Positions 54,358 to 64,000 of a DNA stretch of 64,000 nt are shown in pieces; position 1 is the first letter of the stretch, and every line of letters starts with the position of its first letter. Where the stretch lies: the NCBI GenBank assembly GCA_030747785.1, contig JASLKC010000014.1, forward strand, positions 35,873-99,872. The letters run 5' to 3'. Made by a program: the position numbers and the translations under genes. A model generated the notes under the pieces. The model was not told the origin of the DNA. It saw only the letters and a list, made by a program, of their open reading frames with translations, and made no database searches. Source of the DNA: Candidatus Poseidoniaceae archaeon. GTDB taxonomy: Archaea; Thermoplasmatota; Poseidoniia; Poseidoniales; Poseidoniaceae.

Positions 54358-56097
54358 ATGAATAATGAAGGAGTAATATACCGAATTTCAGGACCTGTGG
54401 TAACTGCTACAGGAATGCAAGCGGGAATGTATGATGTGGTACGTGTCGGTCACGAAGGTCTCATGGGAGAGGTCATCGAACTGCACGGCGATAAAGCGGT
54501 TATTCAGGTGTATGAGGACACAAGCGGCATCCGCCCAGGCGAGCCGGTTCTAAACACCCGTGAGACCTTGTCTGTGGCTTTAGGCCCTGGACTACTGACC
54601 CAAATCTATGATGGTATCCAGCGTCCGTTGGCTACCCTCGAAGAAGTAATGGGTGTCTTCATCACACGTGGTGTAGACGCTGACGGATTCGACATGGAGA
54701 GAAAGTGGACTTTCGAAGCCGTAGCTTCAGCAGGCGATGAAGTCGTCAGTGGACAGGTTATCGGTAACGTACAGGAAACAGAGACTATCGTTCACAAGAT
54801 TATGGTGCCTCCCGGCAAGGGTGGCACTGTCAAGTCCATCTCTTCTGGAGACTACAATGTCACAGAAGATGTATGTACTCTTGAAGATGGTACTACAATG
54901 CAGATGATGCAGAAGTGGCCAGTTCGAACCCCACGTCCTTACCAGCAGAAGTACGCACCAGATACCCCACTAATCACCGGAATGCGCATCCTCGACTTCC
55001 TCTTCCCATTGGCGAAGGGTGGAGCAGCCGGTATCCCAGGACCTTTCGGTTCTGGAAAGACCGTTACCCAGCAATCTCTTGCAAAGTATTCCGACGCACA
55101 GATTGTTGTTTACATCGGATGCGGTGAGCGTGGAAACGAGATGACAGAAGTTCTCGACGAGTTCCCTCACCTAATCGATCCAAACACCGGAAAGCCATTG
55201 ATGAACAGAACTGTGATGATTGCAAATACTTCTAACATGCCTGTCGCAGCACGTGAAGCATCAGTATACACCGGTATTACCATCGCCGAATACTTCCGTG
55301 ACATGGGCTACGATGTAGCACTCATGGCGGACTCTACAAGCCGTTGGGCTGAGGCAATGCGTGAGATTTCGTCTCGATTAGAAGAGATGCCCGGTGAGGA
55401 AGGATACCCTGCGTACCTTTCCAGCCGAATTGCAGAATTCTACGAGCGTGCTGGACGTGTACAGACACTCAATGGCGATGACGGTTCAGTTACTGTCATC
55501 GGTGCTGTTTCTCCACCTGGTGGAGACGTATCCGAGCCAGTCAGCCAAGGTACCCTGCGCATCGTTAAGGTGTTCTGGGGACTCGATGCAGGTCTTGCTC
55601 GACAGCGTCACTTCCCTGCTATCAACTGGCTGGGTTCTTACAGCCTATACCCACCATCTCTCGACCAGTGGTTCCGTGACAATATCAGTCAGGATTACCC
55701 TGAGATTAGAACTGCAATCAGTGGTTTGCTTCAAATCGAGGCAGAACTTCAGGAAATTGTGCAGCTCGTCGGTTCTGACGCTCTGCCTGTTGACCAACAG
55801 TTGACCCTTGAAGTTGCACGAATGATTCGTGAGTACTTCCTACAGCAGAATGGTTTCCACGATGTTGATGCATTCTGTAGTGTTGAATTACACTACAAGA
55901 TGGCTAAGGCAATCCTAACCTTCCAAGAGTCGGCAAAGAACGCAATGGCAGCTGGAGCAGACCTCCAAGATGTCGTCAACGTTCCAAGCCGTACAGACCT
56001 AATGCGTGGTAGATTTGAAGCTACATACGGTGATGACATCGATGCATTGGTTGAAAAGATGAACGAAGAGATCGCTGCGGCGGTCGAGGAGAACTGA
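54358..56097 (+). CDS. atpA: A-type ATP synthase catalytic subunit A
   Basis: [39 protein letters not shown]; continuous across Walker A (no intein). Confidence 0.98.
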   Translation: MNNEGVIYRISGPVVTATGMQAGMYDVVRVGHEGLMGEVIELHGDKAVIQVYEDTSGIRPGEPVLNTRETLSVALGPGLLTQIYDGIQRPLATLEEVMGVFITRGVDADGFDMERKWTFEAVASAGDEVVSGQVIGNVQETETIVHKIMVPPGKGGTVKSISSGDYNVTEDVCTLEDGTTMQMMQKWPVRTPRPYQQKYAPDTPLITGMRILDFLFPLAKGGAAGIPGPFGSGKTVTQQSLAKYSDAQIVVYIGCGERGNEMTEVLDEFPHLIDPNTGKPLMNRTVMIANTSNMPVAAREASVYTGITIAEYFRDMGYDVALMADSTSRWAEAMREISSRLEEMPGEEGYPAYLSSRIAEFYERAGRVQTLNGDDGSVTVIGAVSPPGGDVSEPVSQGTLRIVKVFWGLDAGLARQRHFPAINWLGSYSLYPPSLDQWFRDNISQDYPEIRTAISGLLQIEAELQEIVQLVGSDALPVDQQLTLEVARMIREYFLQQNGFHDVDAFCSVELHYKMAKAILTFQESAKNAMAAGADLQDVVNVPSRTDLMRGRFEATYGDDIDALVEKMNEEIAAAVEEN

Positions 56098-56110
56098 AGG
56101 AGGAATTGAA

Positions 56111-57490
56111 ATGTCTGGAAAGGAATACCGCACCATCACTGATGTCAAGGGACCACTGGTCTTCTTGAATAAGACTGAACCAGTTGCTTTTGGAGAAATT
56201 GTCCAATTGCGCCTAAACAATGGTACAACAAAGAATGGACAAGTTCTCGATACCTCTGACGAATTAGTTGTCGTTCAGGTTTTCGAAGGAACAGCAGGAG
56301 TTGACCTCAACACCGGTGTCAAATTCATGGGAGATGTGTTCAAGCTCCCCGTCAGCGACGACCTAATCGGTCGTATTCTCGACGGAGCAGGACGCCCTCG
56401 TGACGGTGGCCCCGATATTGTGGCAGAGGAGAACGCAGACATCATTGGTGCTGCAATTAACCCATACTCCCGTCGAAGCCCACACGATTTCATTCAGACT
56501 GGAATCAGTGCTATCGATTGTTGTACTACCCTTGTGCGTGGACAGAAGCTACCTATTTTCAGCGCATCTGGTCTACCTCACAATGACATCGCTCTACAGA
56601 TTGCACGACAAGCCAAACTTACAGGCTCCGATGAGGAGTTCATTGTCGTATTCTGTGCAATGGGAATCACCGCAGAGGAATTCAATTTCTTCCGTAGTGA
56701 TCTCGAGCGCACTGGCGCACTTGAGAACGCTGTACTATTCGTCAATCTAGCAGACGACCCAGCGGTTGAGCGAATCATTACCCCACGTCTTGCACTAACC
56801 GCTGCAGAGTATCTTGCATTCGAGAAGGACTACCACGTTCTGGTTATCTATACTGACATGACCAACTATTGCGATGCACTTCGTCAAATCGGTGCTGCAC
56901 GTGAGGAAGTACCCGGACGCCGTGGTTACCCTGGATACATGTACACTGACCTAGCAATGCTCTACGAGCGTGCTGGAATTGTCAAGAACAAGAAGGGAAG
57001 CATTACCCAATTCCCAATTCTAACCATGCCGGGTGACGATATCACTCACCCGATTCCAGACTTATCTGGATACATCACTGAAGGCCAGATTGTTATCTCT
57101 CGTGAACTTCACCAGCAAGGAATTTATCCGCCGATCAACGTTCTCCCATCGCTATCTCGTTTGATGGGTTCATGTATTGGTGAGAAAACAACTCGTGAAG
57201 ACCACAAGTCGGTTTCTGACCAGATGTATGCTGCATATGCACAGGGCCGTGAGCTCCGTGGATTGGTCGCAATTGTTGGTGAGGATGCATTGAATGAGCG
57301 TGACAAGCAATTGCTTGACTTCTCTGGTGTATTCGAAGACAAATTCTTGCGCCAGTCTCGAGATGAGGACCGCACAATCGCTGAAACTCTTGACCTATGT
57401 TGGACTCTATTAAGTCAAATTGATACCAAGTACCTCGTTCGTCTCGACCAGAAGTGGATTGAGAAGTACCACCCTGATAACAGGGCGTGA
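56111..57490 (+). CDS. atpB: A-type ATP synthase subunit B
   Basis: [40 protein letters not shown]. Confidence 0.98.
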   Translation: MSGKEYRTITDVKGPLVFLNKTEPVAFGEIVQLRLNNGTTKNGQVLDTSDELVVVQVFEGTAGVDLNTGVKFMGDVFKLPVSDDLIGRILDGAGRPRDGGPDIVAEENADIIGAAINPYSRRSPHDFIQTGISAIDCCTTLVRGQKLPIFSASGLPHNDIALQIARQAKLTGSDEEFIVVFCAMGITAEEFNFFRSDLERTGALENAVLFVNLADDPAVERIITPRLALTAAEYLAFEKDYHVLVIYTDMTNYCDALRQIGAAREEVPGRRGYPGYMYTDLAMLYERAGIVKNKKGSITQFPILTMPGDDITHPIPDLSGYITEGQIVISRELHQQGIYPPINVLPSLSRLMGSCIGEKTTREDHKSVSDQMYAAYAQGRELRGLVAIVGEDALNERDKQLLDFSGVFEDKFLRQSRDEDRTIAETLDLCWTLLSQIDTKYLVRLDQKWIEKYHPDNRA

Positions 57491-57529
57491 ACGGTATTAC
57501 GCTGATGAAGAAAATGGAGGTGAAATCGT

Positions 57530-58147
57530 ATGGCACTGGACATTAAACCAACCCGTAGCGAATTAATCAACCTCAAACGTCGTATCAAGCAGACCAAGAA
57601 TGGTTACAAGTTGCTGAAGATGAAGCGTGACGGACTCTTCCATGAATTTCGTGGCCTTCTTTCAGACATGATCGCCGCTAAGAAGGACCTAACCGCCGCA
57701 TATCGATTGGCAAAAGGCCGCATCGATTTGGCTAATGCTATTGAGGGTGGACTAAAGGTCCGTTCTGCAGCAATTGCTAATTCAGCATCCCCTGAGGTCG
57801 AAGTAGAACGACGCAACATTATGGGCGTAGTTGTACCATCGATTTCAGGAACCAATCTCAAGCAGGCATTTGGTGAGCGCAGCATTGGATTCACAGGCTC
57901 TTCACCATATATCGATGAAGCAGCTGATTCCTTTGGAGAACTTATCGAGAAGATGGTCAAAGCAGCAGAGATGGAAGCTACATTGAAGCGCCTACTTGCA
58001 GAAATTGAAGCGACAAAGCGCCGTGTAAATGCTCTTGAATTCAAGGTTATTCCTGAACTAGAAGAGGCACAGGTCTTCATTCAACTCCGTCTTGAAGAGA
58101 TGGAGCGTGAGGAGACTTTCCGTCTCAAGCGTTTCAAGAATAAGTGA
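57530..58147 (+). CDS. atpD: A-type ATP synthase subunit D
   Basis: PTRSEL, GYKLLKMKRDGL, NIMGVVVP, TKRRVNALE; SD GGAGGTGA. Confidence 0.97.
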   Translation: MALDIKPTRSELINLKRRIKQTKNGYKLLKMKRDGLFHEFRGLLSDMIAAKKDLTAAYRLAKGRIDLANAIEGGLKVRSAAIANSASPEVEVERRNIMGVVVPSISGTNLKQAFGERSIGFTGSSPYIDEAADSFGELIEKMVKAAEMEATLKRLLAEIEATKRRVNALEFKVIPELEEAQVFIQLRLEEMEREETFRLKRFKNK

Positions 58148-58164
58148 TGTACCCACAATATTGA

Positions 58165-58183
58165 CAATCCCCAGAGGGGATTG
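58165..58183 (+). terminator. Hairpin CAATCCCC-aga-GGGGATTG immediately after the atp operon
   Basis: 8-bp perfect stem 17 nt after the atpD stop; terminator or stabiliser role is inferred. Confidence 0.45.
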
Positions 58184-58231
58184 ATTCATTGAGGTGTATT
58201 GTAACCCGAAACATGTAGGGGTGAAGTAGCC

Positions 58232-60631
58232 ATGAGCGATGAGGAGCCGATACCCGTCCATTCTGAGATATGGAATCAACGGAAACTCATCGAAAGAATT
58301 CTTTCACGTCATGTCTATGTTCTCTCAGATGTAGGTGGTTATTGGCCATCATTCATTGTTCAAGAAAAGGAAGATAGCGATATTCATGATGCTGTTGCGA
58401 ATCTCAATCAACATATTACGAAATTGGATTGGGCTGCTCGCCTACATCCAGATGAGCCATGGTTAATCGAAGTCCTACCTTCACCCACCCGCCAATTCCC
58501 ATCGTATTCAGTACCGATTGTAATGTGGATTCTTGCAATTTTCACTACTTTGTATGCTGGTGAGAATTGGATTTCAAATGGTCGACCAGAAGGTGGTTGG
58601 TTCTTCAATCATCAAACACTAGATGCCCTAGTTGGTTACACAATTCCAATTTTGGGAGCAATCATTATCGCTTCCTTTGTGCAGCGAAATGTTGCATCAA
58701 AATACGGAGTACATATGCCTCATTTATTCCCACTCTTTGGGCCAACAGCCTTGTGGTGGCCCTTCGGACTAATCGGTTTCTCCTCGATGCCTCGTAGTGA
58801 TGCAAGATTGTGGCCCGACCGTTCAAGTATGGGAAATACAGCCCTTTCAGCGCCGCTAGCATTCATCATCATTGGCTTATTACTCATTTTTGTCGGCATT
58901 GAATTGACCCCACTAGATGTAGCATTAACCGCTGCACCATTAGGGCTTGATCTTCCTCTGTTACCCAACCTCCTCAGCCTAGCAATGAATGGGGAGACTG
59001 AGATGATTCTCAAGAGTGCATGGGCTCATCCCTTCACATTTGCAGGTTCGACGCTGATGTTCATGGGGTGGATTGCTCTATTACCAATCCCAACAATGCC
59101 AGGAGGCCGCATCATTATTGCCAGAATGGGTATAGCTGAAGCGAGAACGGGTGCTACTCAGATAATGCTCATAATGATGGTAATGCTCTTTGGATTCCTA
59201 TTCGGAGCATTCAATGGATGGACGATTTGGTCCTTGCCAGTCGCTCTTCTATTCGCATTGCTAGTACACCGAGGAGGAGACCCACGCGCCCCCGTTTTAC
59301 TCGATGACATGAAAGGTCTTCCAGATGAAGACCATCGAAGAATAGGCATGCTTCTTTTCCTCGCATTCATGTTTGCATTACCAGGGCATACACCGTTTAT
59401 GGTGCTAGATGATTGGGATGATTCACTGGAATATTCTGTAAGCCACGAAGATATTGTTATCGATGAGTTCGGTTGGGCGAATCAATCGATTCGAATCGAC
59501 AATCCTTCATTGATAGAGCAAAGTTGGTCTCTTGCTGATGTTGCTCCTACTAATTGGGAAACGCTGTATTTATGTCCCCCTCTTGAAAATCCTGACGATG
59601 AACCAATCGAGACCTGTAGCGGTATTATTGGTCCAAAGGATTTTGTTAAAATCGAATTACAGATGAATTGGCAAGGTGAAAATACTCCAACTCGTGAGGA
59701 TTTCATCGTTGAGTACGATGGAGGCGAATTATCCTATACTGCATCTCCAGAACAAATGGTATTCCCGGCGACTTCAACAATGAATTGGACCGGTAGCCTA
59801 GAGGATCCTCAGGCGTGTTTTGATTTGGTTTGGAATGGTGCGGAAGAATCGAACCTCTCAGTTTTGAGTACTATTCCGTCTGAGTTATTGAATTTCGAAG
59901 GCAGTTCAAATAGCACGATTAGCGTAACAGATGAAGTGAGTGAAATTTGTGTAAAGGGCCGTAGTGGAATGTTGGATTTAGCAGAAGGAGTTTCAATCGA
60001 TGGAGTCGAGTATGAAATGACGATTACATCAACCAATTATGTACCATTACACATGCCTAATGGTGAGATGACAATCGATCCAAATCACTTAGGCTGGACA
60101 GGTTCATTTGCCTTAGGTGGAGAACTAAGAATGCAATCTAGTGGTCCTTGTGAGGAAGTGATTACATCTAGCGTCCCAAACATCCCTGAAGAGGGAGATT
60201 GGATTTGGGACCTATCGGTATTAACCGTGGGAGTAATTCCAGTTGTTGAATCGCAAAATCTCACCTTGAAAGCTAATGTTGGTGATGTTATTCTGCACTG
60301 TCTGGAAGATGGAAGTCATACTGAATATGTGGTTATAGATGCTCCAAATTTGATACTGGAAATCGGGGAAAATAATTTCATGCAATGGCAAGGAAATTCG
60401 ATAAATTCCTCCGACCAATTCCGTTTATACAATCCAACTTCTTCAAACATTAGTATAGTGGTAGATCACCATGGAAATGGCCCACAATGGAACGTTTCTA
60501 CTAATCTGCTCCTATCACCAAGTGAGTGGACCAGTATCTCAATTTCGCCACAAGGAGGCGATTTTACAATGGCTTGGCTAGAGCACAGTGATTGGATAGT
60601 CGAATTACACCTTGCAAGTCATGAGGTGTGA
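58232..60631 (+). CDS. M50 (site-2 protease/EGY-like) homologue lacking catalytic residues, with large C-terminal extracytoplasmic domain
   Basis: M50 scaffold (A.KYGV..P, SAPLA, HPFTFAG, LLPIPTMPGG) but no HExxH or LDG. Confidence 0.75.
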   Translation: MSDEEPIPVHSEIWNQRKLIERILSRHVYVLSDVGGYWPSFIVQEKEDSDIHDAVANLNQHITKLDWAARLHPDEPWLIEVLPSPTRQFPSYSVPIVMWILAIFTTLYAGENWISNGRPEGGWFFNHQTLDALVGYTIPILGAIIIASFVQRNVASKYGVHMPHLFPLFGPTALWWPFGLIGFSSMPRSDARLWPDRSSMGNTALSAPLAFIIIGLLLIFVGIELTPLDVALTAAPLGLDLPLLPNLLSLAMNGETEMILKSAWAHPFTFAGSTLMFMGWIALLPIPTMPGGRIIIARMGIAEARTGATQIMLIMMVMLFGFLFGAFNGWTIWSLPVALLFALLVHRGGDPRAPVLLDDMKGLPDEDHRRIGMLLFLAFMFALPGHTPFMVLDDWDDSLEYSVSHEDIVIDEFGWANQSIRIDNPSLIEQSWSLADVAPTNWETLYLCPPLENPDDEPIETCSGIIGPKDFVKIELQMNWQGENTPTREDFIVEYDGGELSYTASPEQMVFPATSTMNWTGSLEDPQACFDLVWNGAEESNLSVLSTIPSELLNFEGSSNSTISVTDEVSEICVKGRSGMLDLAEGVSIDGVEYEMTITSTNYVPLHMPNGEMTIDPNHLGWTGSFALGGELRMQSSGPCEEVITSSVPNIPEEGDWIWDLSVLTVGVIPVVESQNLTLKANVGDVILHCLEDGSHTEYVVIDAPNLILEIGENNFMQWQGNSINSSDQFRLYNPTSSNISIVVDHHGNGPQWNVSTNLLLSPSEWTSISISPQGGDFTMAWLEHSDWIVELHLASHEV

Positions 60632-61527
60632 GGATGAGAATCGGTGTACTGGGTGCAGGAGCCATAGGGGGCTTAATTGCAGCCAAATTGGTGCAAGCAG
60701 GCAAGGAGGTTCTCGTTCATGCCAAAGGGGAGCATGGTGCTCTTCTAGCAATTAGTGGTCTTGGGATTACAGGTAAATGGGATTTCAGAATCGATGGTAG
60801 TAGTTGGCTTGTTACTTTAGAAGATGCAGGCCTTCATCCTGAGTTAGAAGGATGCTGCGACTTTGCCATTATCACCTGTAAGGCAAAAGATACTACGCGT
60901 CTTGCTGAAGTTGCCCGATTTATTTGCACAGGCCCGGTTCTTTCTCTTCAAAATGGTCTAGGGAATGTCGAAATTTTACAGGAGATATTGGGTCCACATA
61001 GAGTAGCTGGTGGCGTTACCACAAATGCGGTATTCAGGCCTAAGGCTGGAGAGATTAACTGGGTGGCCAAAGGCGAATTATTGATCGGCGGACGTTGTTC
61101 AGGCGACTTTGTCAAGATACTATCATGCCTCGACGCCGAAGAAGTTACTGATTTGGATGCTATTTTGTGGCAAAAACTGTTGCTAAATGTTGCAATAAAC
61201 CCTATTGCAGCAATTTGTGGAGTCACAAATGGGGCATTGCTTAGCGAAGAGATGTTCAATCAATCTGAAGCAACCATGCTTGAAGCAGCAAGTGTAGCGC
61301 GAATGGAAGGAGTATCAATCCCCAGTAATGAGGAATTAGTCGACCGTTTGAGGTCTGTGCTTGAATCAACTTCAGAAAATCTCTGTTCGATGCTTCAAGA
61401 TGTAAAAGAAGGCCGAGAGACCGAGATCGATATGATGTGTGGAGAAGTTGTACGCCGTGGTGAAAGAAGTGGAGTCTCAACTCCATTAAACGCAATGCTG
61501 ACAAGCCAAATAAAAGCACTCAGATGA
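60628..61527 (+). CDS. panE: Ketopantoate reductase
   Basis: GAGAIGG, LSLQNGLG, WQKLLLN..INP, SMLQD...RETEID. Confidence 0.9.
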   Translation: MRMRIGVLGAGAIGGLIAAKLVQAGKEVLVHAKGEHGALLAISGLGITGKWDFRIDGSSWLVTLEDAGLHPELEGCCDFAIITCKAKDTTRLAEVARFICTGPVLSLQNGLGNVEILQEILGPHRVAGGVTTNAVFRPKAGEINWVAKGELLIGGRCSGDFVKILSCLDAEEVTDLDAILWQKLLLNVAINPIAAICGVTNGALLSEEMFNQSEATMLEAASVARMEGVSIPSNEELVDRLRSVLESTSENLCSMLQDVKEGRETEIDMMCGEVVRRGERSGVSTPLNAMLTSQIKALR

Positions 61528-63100
61528 GATCAGTATTGTAGTGCAACCCTGCGTTTTCCTTTCGGGAAAGTGCATCTTCAGTAATCAATGTGGCAACCAA
61601 TACAAGATTGCGTAACTCAATCAAATCTCTCGTAGGGAGGCTTCTTCTCCAAATGATGTCAACTTCCTTTGAAAGTAAAGTGAGCATTCGCCGTGCTCTT
61701 TCGAGTCTTGAGAAACGGCGAACAATCCCCACATCATCAGTCATCGTCTTCCGCAGGGTCTCAAGATCCCTTACCAATGGTGCGTGTTCCTCGAGATGTG
61801 GCAAGCCTTCAGCACGCCATTCGGGTACCTCTTCAATCAAATTAATTGGATTTACAATCATGTGATCAGCAGCCCTATTTGCGAATACTACCGCTTCTAG
61901 AAGGCTGTTAGAAGCAAGACGATTTGCACCATGCATTCCGGTGCAAGCCACTTCTCCGATTCCGTATAGCCCAGGAATTATAGTACCATCATCCATCAGC
62001 ACTCTTGCATCGATATCAACCGATAATCCCCCTACCATGTAGTGGGCTGCAGGTGCTACAGGCAGAGGGTCTCGTCCAAGTGAAAGTCCTGCAATATTCA
62101 ACCTACTCTCGATAGTTGGGAAATGATTTTTCAATAACTTTTCATCGAGATGGTCAGTGATTAACCACACATGATCGAATCCACTTCGCTTCATTACACG
62201 GTCACATGCACGGGCGACAACATCTCTTGTTGCGAGCGATCCCTGAGGTGAGGAATCTAGTGTAAAAGAATATACTTCTGGCTCTTTATCGCCCGCTCTA
62301 TATTTTTCTAATCCCTTGTGGTCAAGGAGGACTCCACCCTCGCCTCTGAGTGCTTCCGTGATGAGAAATGGCCTATCGCCTTGTAACATCAATGCGGTAG
62401 GATGGAATTGAACGAACGCCATATCTCTTGCAATTGCTCCGGCTCTAACAGCCATTGCTAAGCCATCTCCAGAAGCGACAGGAGGATTGGTTGTCCTCTC
62501 CCACAATCTTCCGGTTCCGCCGGTGGCAATCATGATTGCATCTGCAGGAATAGCATCCATTCTACCAGAGTCCAAATCGAGACACCAAATCCCCTTTACT
62601 CCTTGTGAAGGGTCTCCATGTACTCTTTGAATTAAATCGACTCCAAGGGTATGAGGTCTGACTTCGATATTAGGGTGTTCAGCTACGGCTTCGGTAAGTG
62701 CTCTCTCAATTTCTGCACCCGTTGCATCCTTTGCATGCAATATCCTTCGAGCCGAGTGCCCTCCTTCTTTGACGAGATGGAATCCATCATCATCTTCTTC
62801 GAATTTCACTCCAATCGAGAGTAGATCACGAATCCTATCACCCGCTTCAGTAACGACCATGCGTACAATCTCCTCATCACACAAACCATCACCGCTAGCC
62901 AATGTATCGGCAATATGTGCCTCCATCGCTTCACCATCTGTGCGATCTAGAATGCCAGCAATGCCCCCTTGAGCCCAATTTGTGGAACTATCCTTTGGTC
63001 GCTGCTTGGTCACAACTAGAATCTCGTTATTCTCATCTGCGAGACGCAAACTAGCGAACAGACCAGCAATACCGCTGCCGATAATGACGATACGTGACAT
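61520..63100 (-). CDS. nadB: L-aspartate oxidase
   Basis: IGSGIAGL, WAQGGIA, EGGHSARRILH..DATG, QFHPT, TEALRGEG, PAAHYMVGG, GEVACTGMHGANRLASNSLLEA. Confidence 0.95.
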   Translation of the reverse strand: MSRIVIIGSGIAGLFASLRLADENNEILVVTKQRPKDSSTNWAQGGIAGILDRTDGEAMEAHIADTLASGDGLCDEEIVRMVVTEAGDRIRDLLSIGVKFEEDDDGFHLVKEGGHSARRILHAKDATGAEIERALTEAVAEHPNIEVRPHTLGVDLIQRVHGDPSQGVKGIWCLDLDSGRMDAIPADAIMIATGGTGRLWERTTNPPVASGDGLAMAVRAGAIARDMAFVQFHPTALMLQGDRPFLITEALRGEGGVLLDHKGLEKYRAGDKEPEVYSFTLDSSPQGSLATRDVVARACDRVMKRSGFDHVWLITDHLDEKLLKNHFPTIESRLNIAGLSLGRDPLPVAPAAHYMVGGLSVDIDARVLMDDGTIIPGLYGIGEVACTGMHGANRLASNSLLEAVVFANRAADHMIVNPINLIEEVPEWRAEGLPHLEEHAPLVRDLETLRKTMTDDVGIVRRFSRLERARRMLTLLSKEVDIIWRRSLPTRDLIELRNLVLVATLITEDALSRKENAGLHYNTDLI

Positions 63101-63190
63101 GGGACGCAACACCTCCTGTGGCTGGATGCATTCAAAGATGCCCCCATTTCATGCGAAACGAAGAAGGGCGTGTTGTGTCACACAGGGGTT

Positions 63191-63994
63191 ATGGGGGGCT
63201 TCAAGAAGCTATCAGGTATCATCGGCCTCATGATGATATGTGTCGCTGTCGCCAATGTAGAATTAGGAGCACTAATGCCTCTTGAGCCTCCACATAAGTT
63301 GATACTTGCAAACATGGCACAACCAGGTTGTAGCAGTGGAGATATCCAAACAGATTTAGATTCTGGTTCTGTAAATACATGCGTTTCCACTCTCGGAGTG
63401 TGGGATGCAGCTGATATGTTGCTGATATTAGAAGGCTCAATTCTATTCTTCGCCTCATTTGTCCGTTGGCCGCGTCGGGGTCGATGGGCTAAGAGAATTC
63501 GTAGAATTGCATTGGTTGGTGGCATTCTATTGTGTGGTCTAGCAATCGCCGATGCAACCGATTCGCTTCCAGGGCCAGATGTAGGAGACCTCGCTGCTCT
63601 ACTACCCTTCCCTGCGCCTGCAATCGCAGTGCAAATTGGAGTATTTATGTTAGGAATTTTCTTAATCAGAGGCCCTAAGTACATCTACGATGATCCCGAA
63701 AAGGGCAAAACTACTGCATCTCAAGAACGAACTGAGAAATTACATTCTGATATGGATAAGGCATTCAAATCCGGTGGCACGCTGAAGGGATTCAATTCCG
63801 ACCGCCAAATGAAGAAAGGAATGAGGCGGTATACGACGGTGAAAGATTTGTGGACGCACCAGGAATTATCACACCATGAAGATGCCTTTGAAAGCGGAAT
63901 GAGAGATGTAGCCTCCTACTCACTTGGTAGAACTTGCCACCTTTGCAATGGAGCAGGATGTGCCCATTGTTCGAATACTGGTTCACTACAATGA
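63191..63994 (+). CDS. Membrane protein with C-terminal Cys4 zinc-finger-like motif
   Basis: About 4 TM segments; ends in CHLCNGAGCAHCSNTG. Confidence 0.65.
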   Translation: MGGFKKLSGIIGLMMICVAVANVELGALMPLEPPHKLILANMAQPGCSSGDIQTDLDSGSVNTCVSTLGVWDAADMLLILEGSILFFASFVRWPRRGRWAKRIRRIALVGGILLCGLAIADATDSLPGPDVGDLAALLPFPAPAIAVQIGVFMLGIFLIRGPKYIYDDPEKGKTTASQERTEKLHSDMDKAFKSGGTLKGFNSDRQMKKGMRRYTTVKDLWTHQELSHHEDAFESGMRDVASYSLGRTCHLCNGAGCAHCSNTGSLQ

Positions 63995-64000
63995 ATCGTC

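Noticed and set aside
54358..56097. Intein in atpA (seen in Thermoplasma/Pyrococcus)
   Set aside because: The sequence is continuous around GPFGSGKTV and of normal length

Overview
Gene-dense, mostly core-genome 64 kb archaeal chromosomal segment. Archaeal markers include Rpo6/RpoK, PurP, AroA'/AroB', GHMP-type shikimate kinase, the A-type ATP synthase operon atpH-I-K-E-C-F-A-B-D, GGAGGTGA Shine-Dalgarno sites and a tRNA-Ser(GCU) without encoded CCA. These sit alongside many bacterial-type genes (orn, tryptophan 2,3-dioxygenase, fused E1 alpha/beta 2-oxoacid dehydrogenase, PlsC-like acyltransferase, heme A/O synthases) and secreted subtilases. The combination points to Marine Group II Euryarchaeota (Poseidoniales, Thermoplasmatota); this is an inference, not a database result. 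About 53 CDS and one tRNA are supported. I saw no CRISPR array, IS element, integrase or rRNA. The most interesting items are: (1) a complete 4-hydroxybenzoyl-CoA-reductase-like Mo enzyme (hcrCAB-like) with MocA/XdhC maturation genes co-transcribed with an acyl-CoA dehydrogenase, in an apparently aerobic organism; (2) a three-gene KaiC-like module (one intact and two P-loop-degenerate) behind a pilin-like/lamin-tail protein and divergent from a large surface protein; (3) a DUF4350-MoxR-DUF58-membrane protein module whose MoxR has a Pro/Ala-rich tail; (4) an M50 site-2-protease homologue that has lost all Zn ligands, located next to the ATP synthase operon; (5) an archaeal aro operon that includes an aspartokinase and a Bat-type regulator. 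Start codons were moved from the ORF track where an SD site, TATA spacing or the protein N-terminus supports it.
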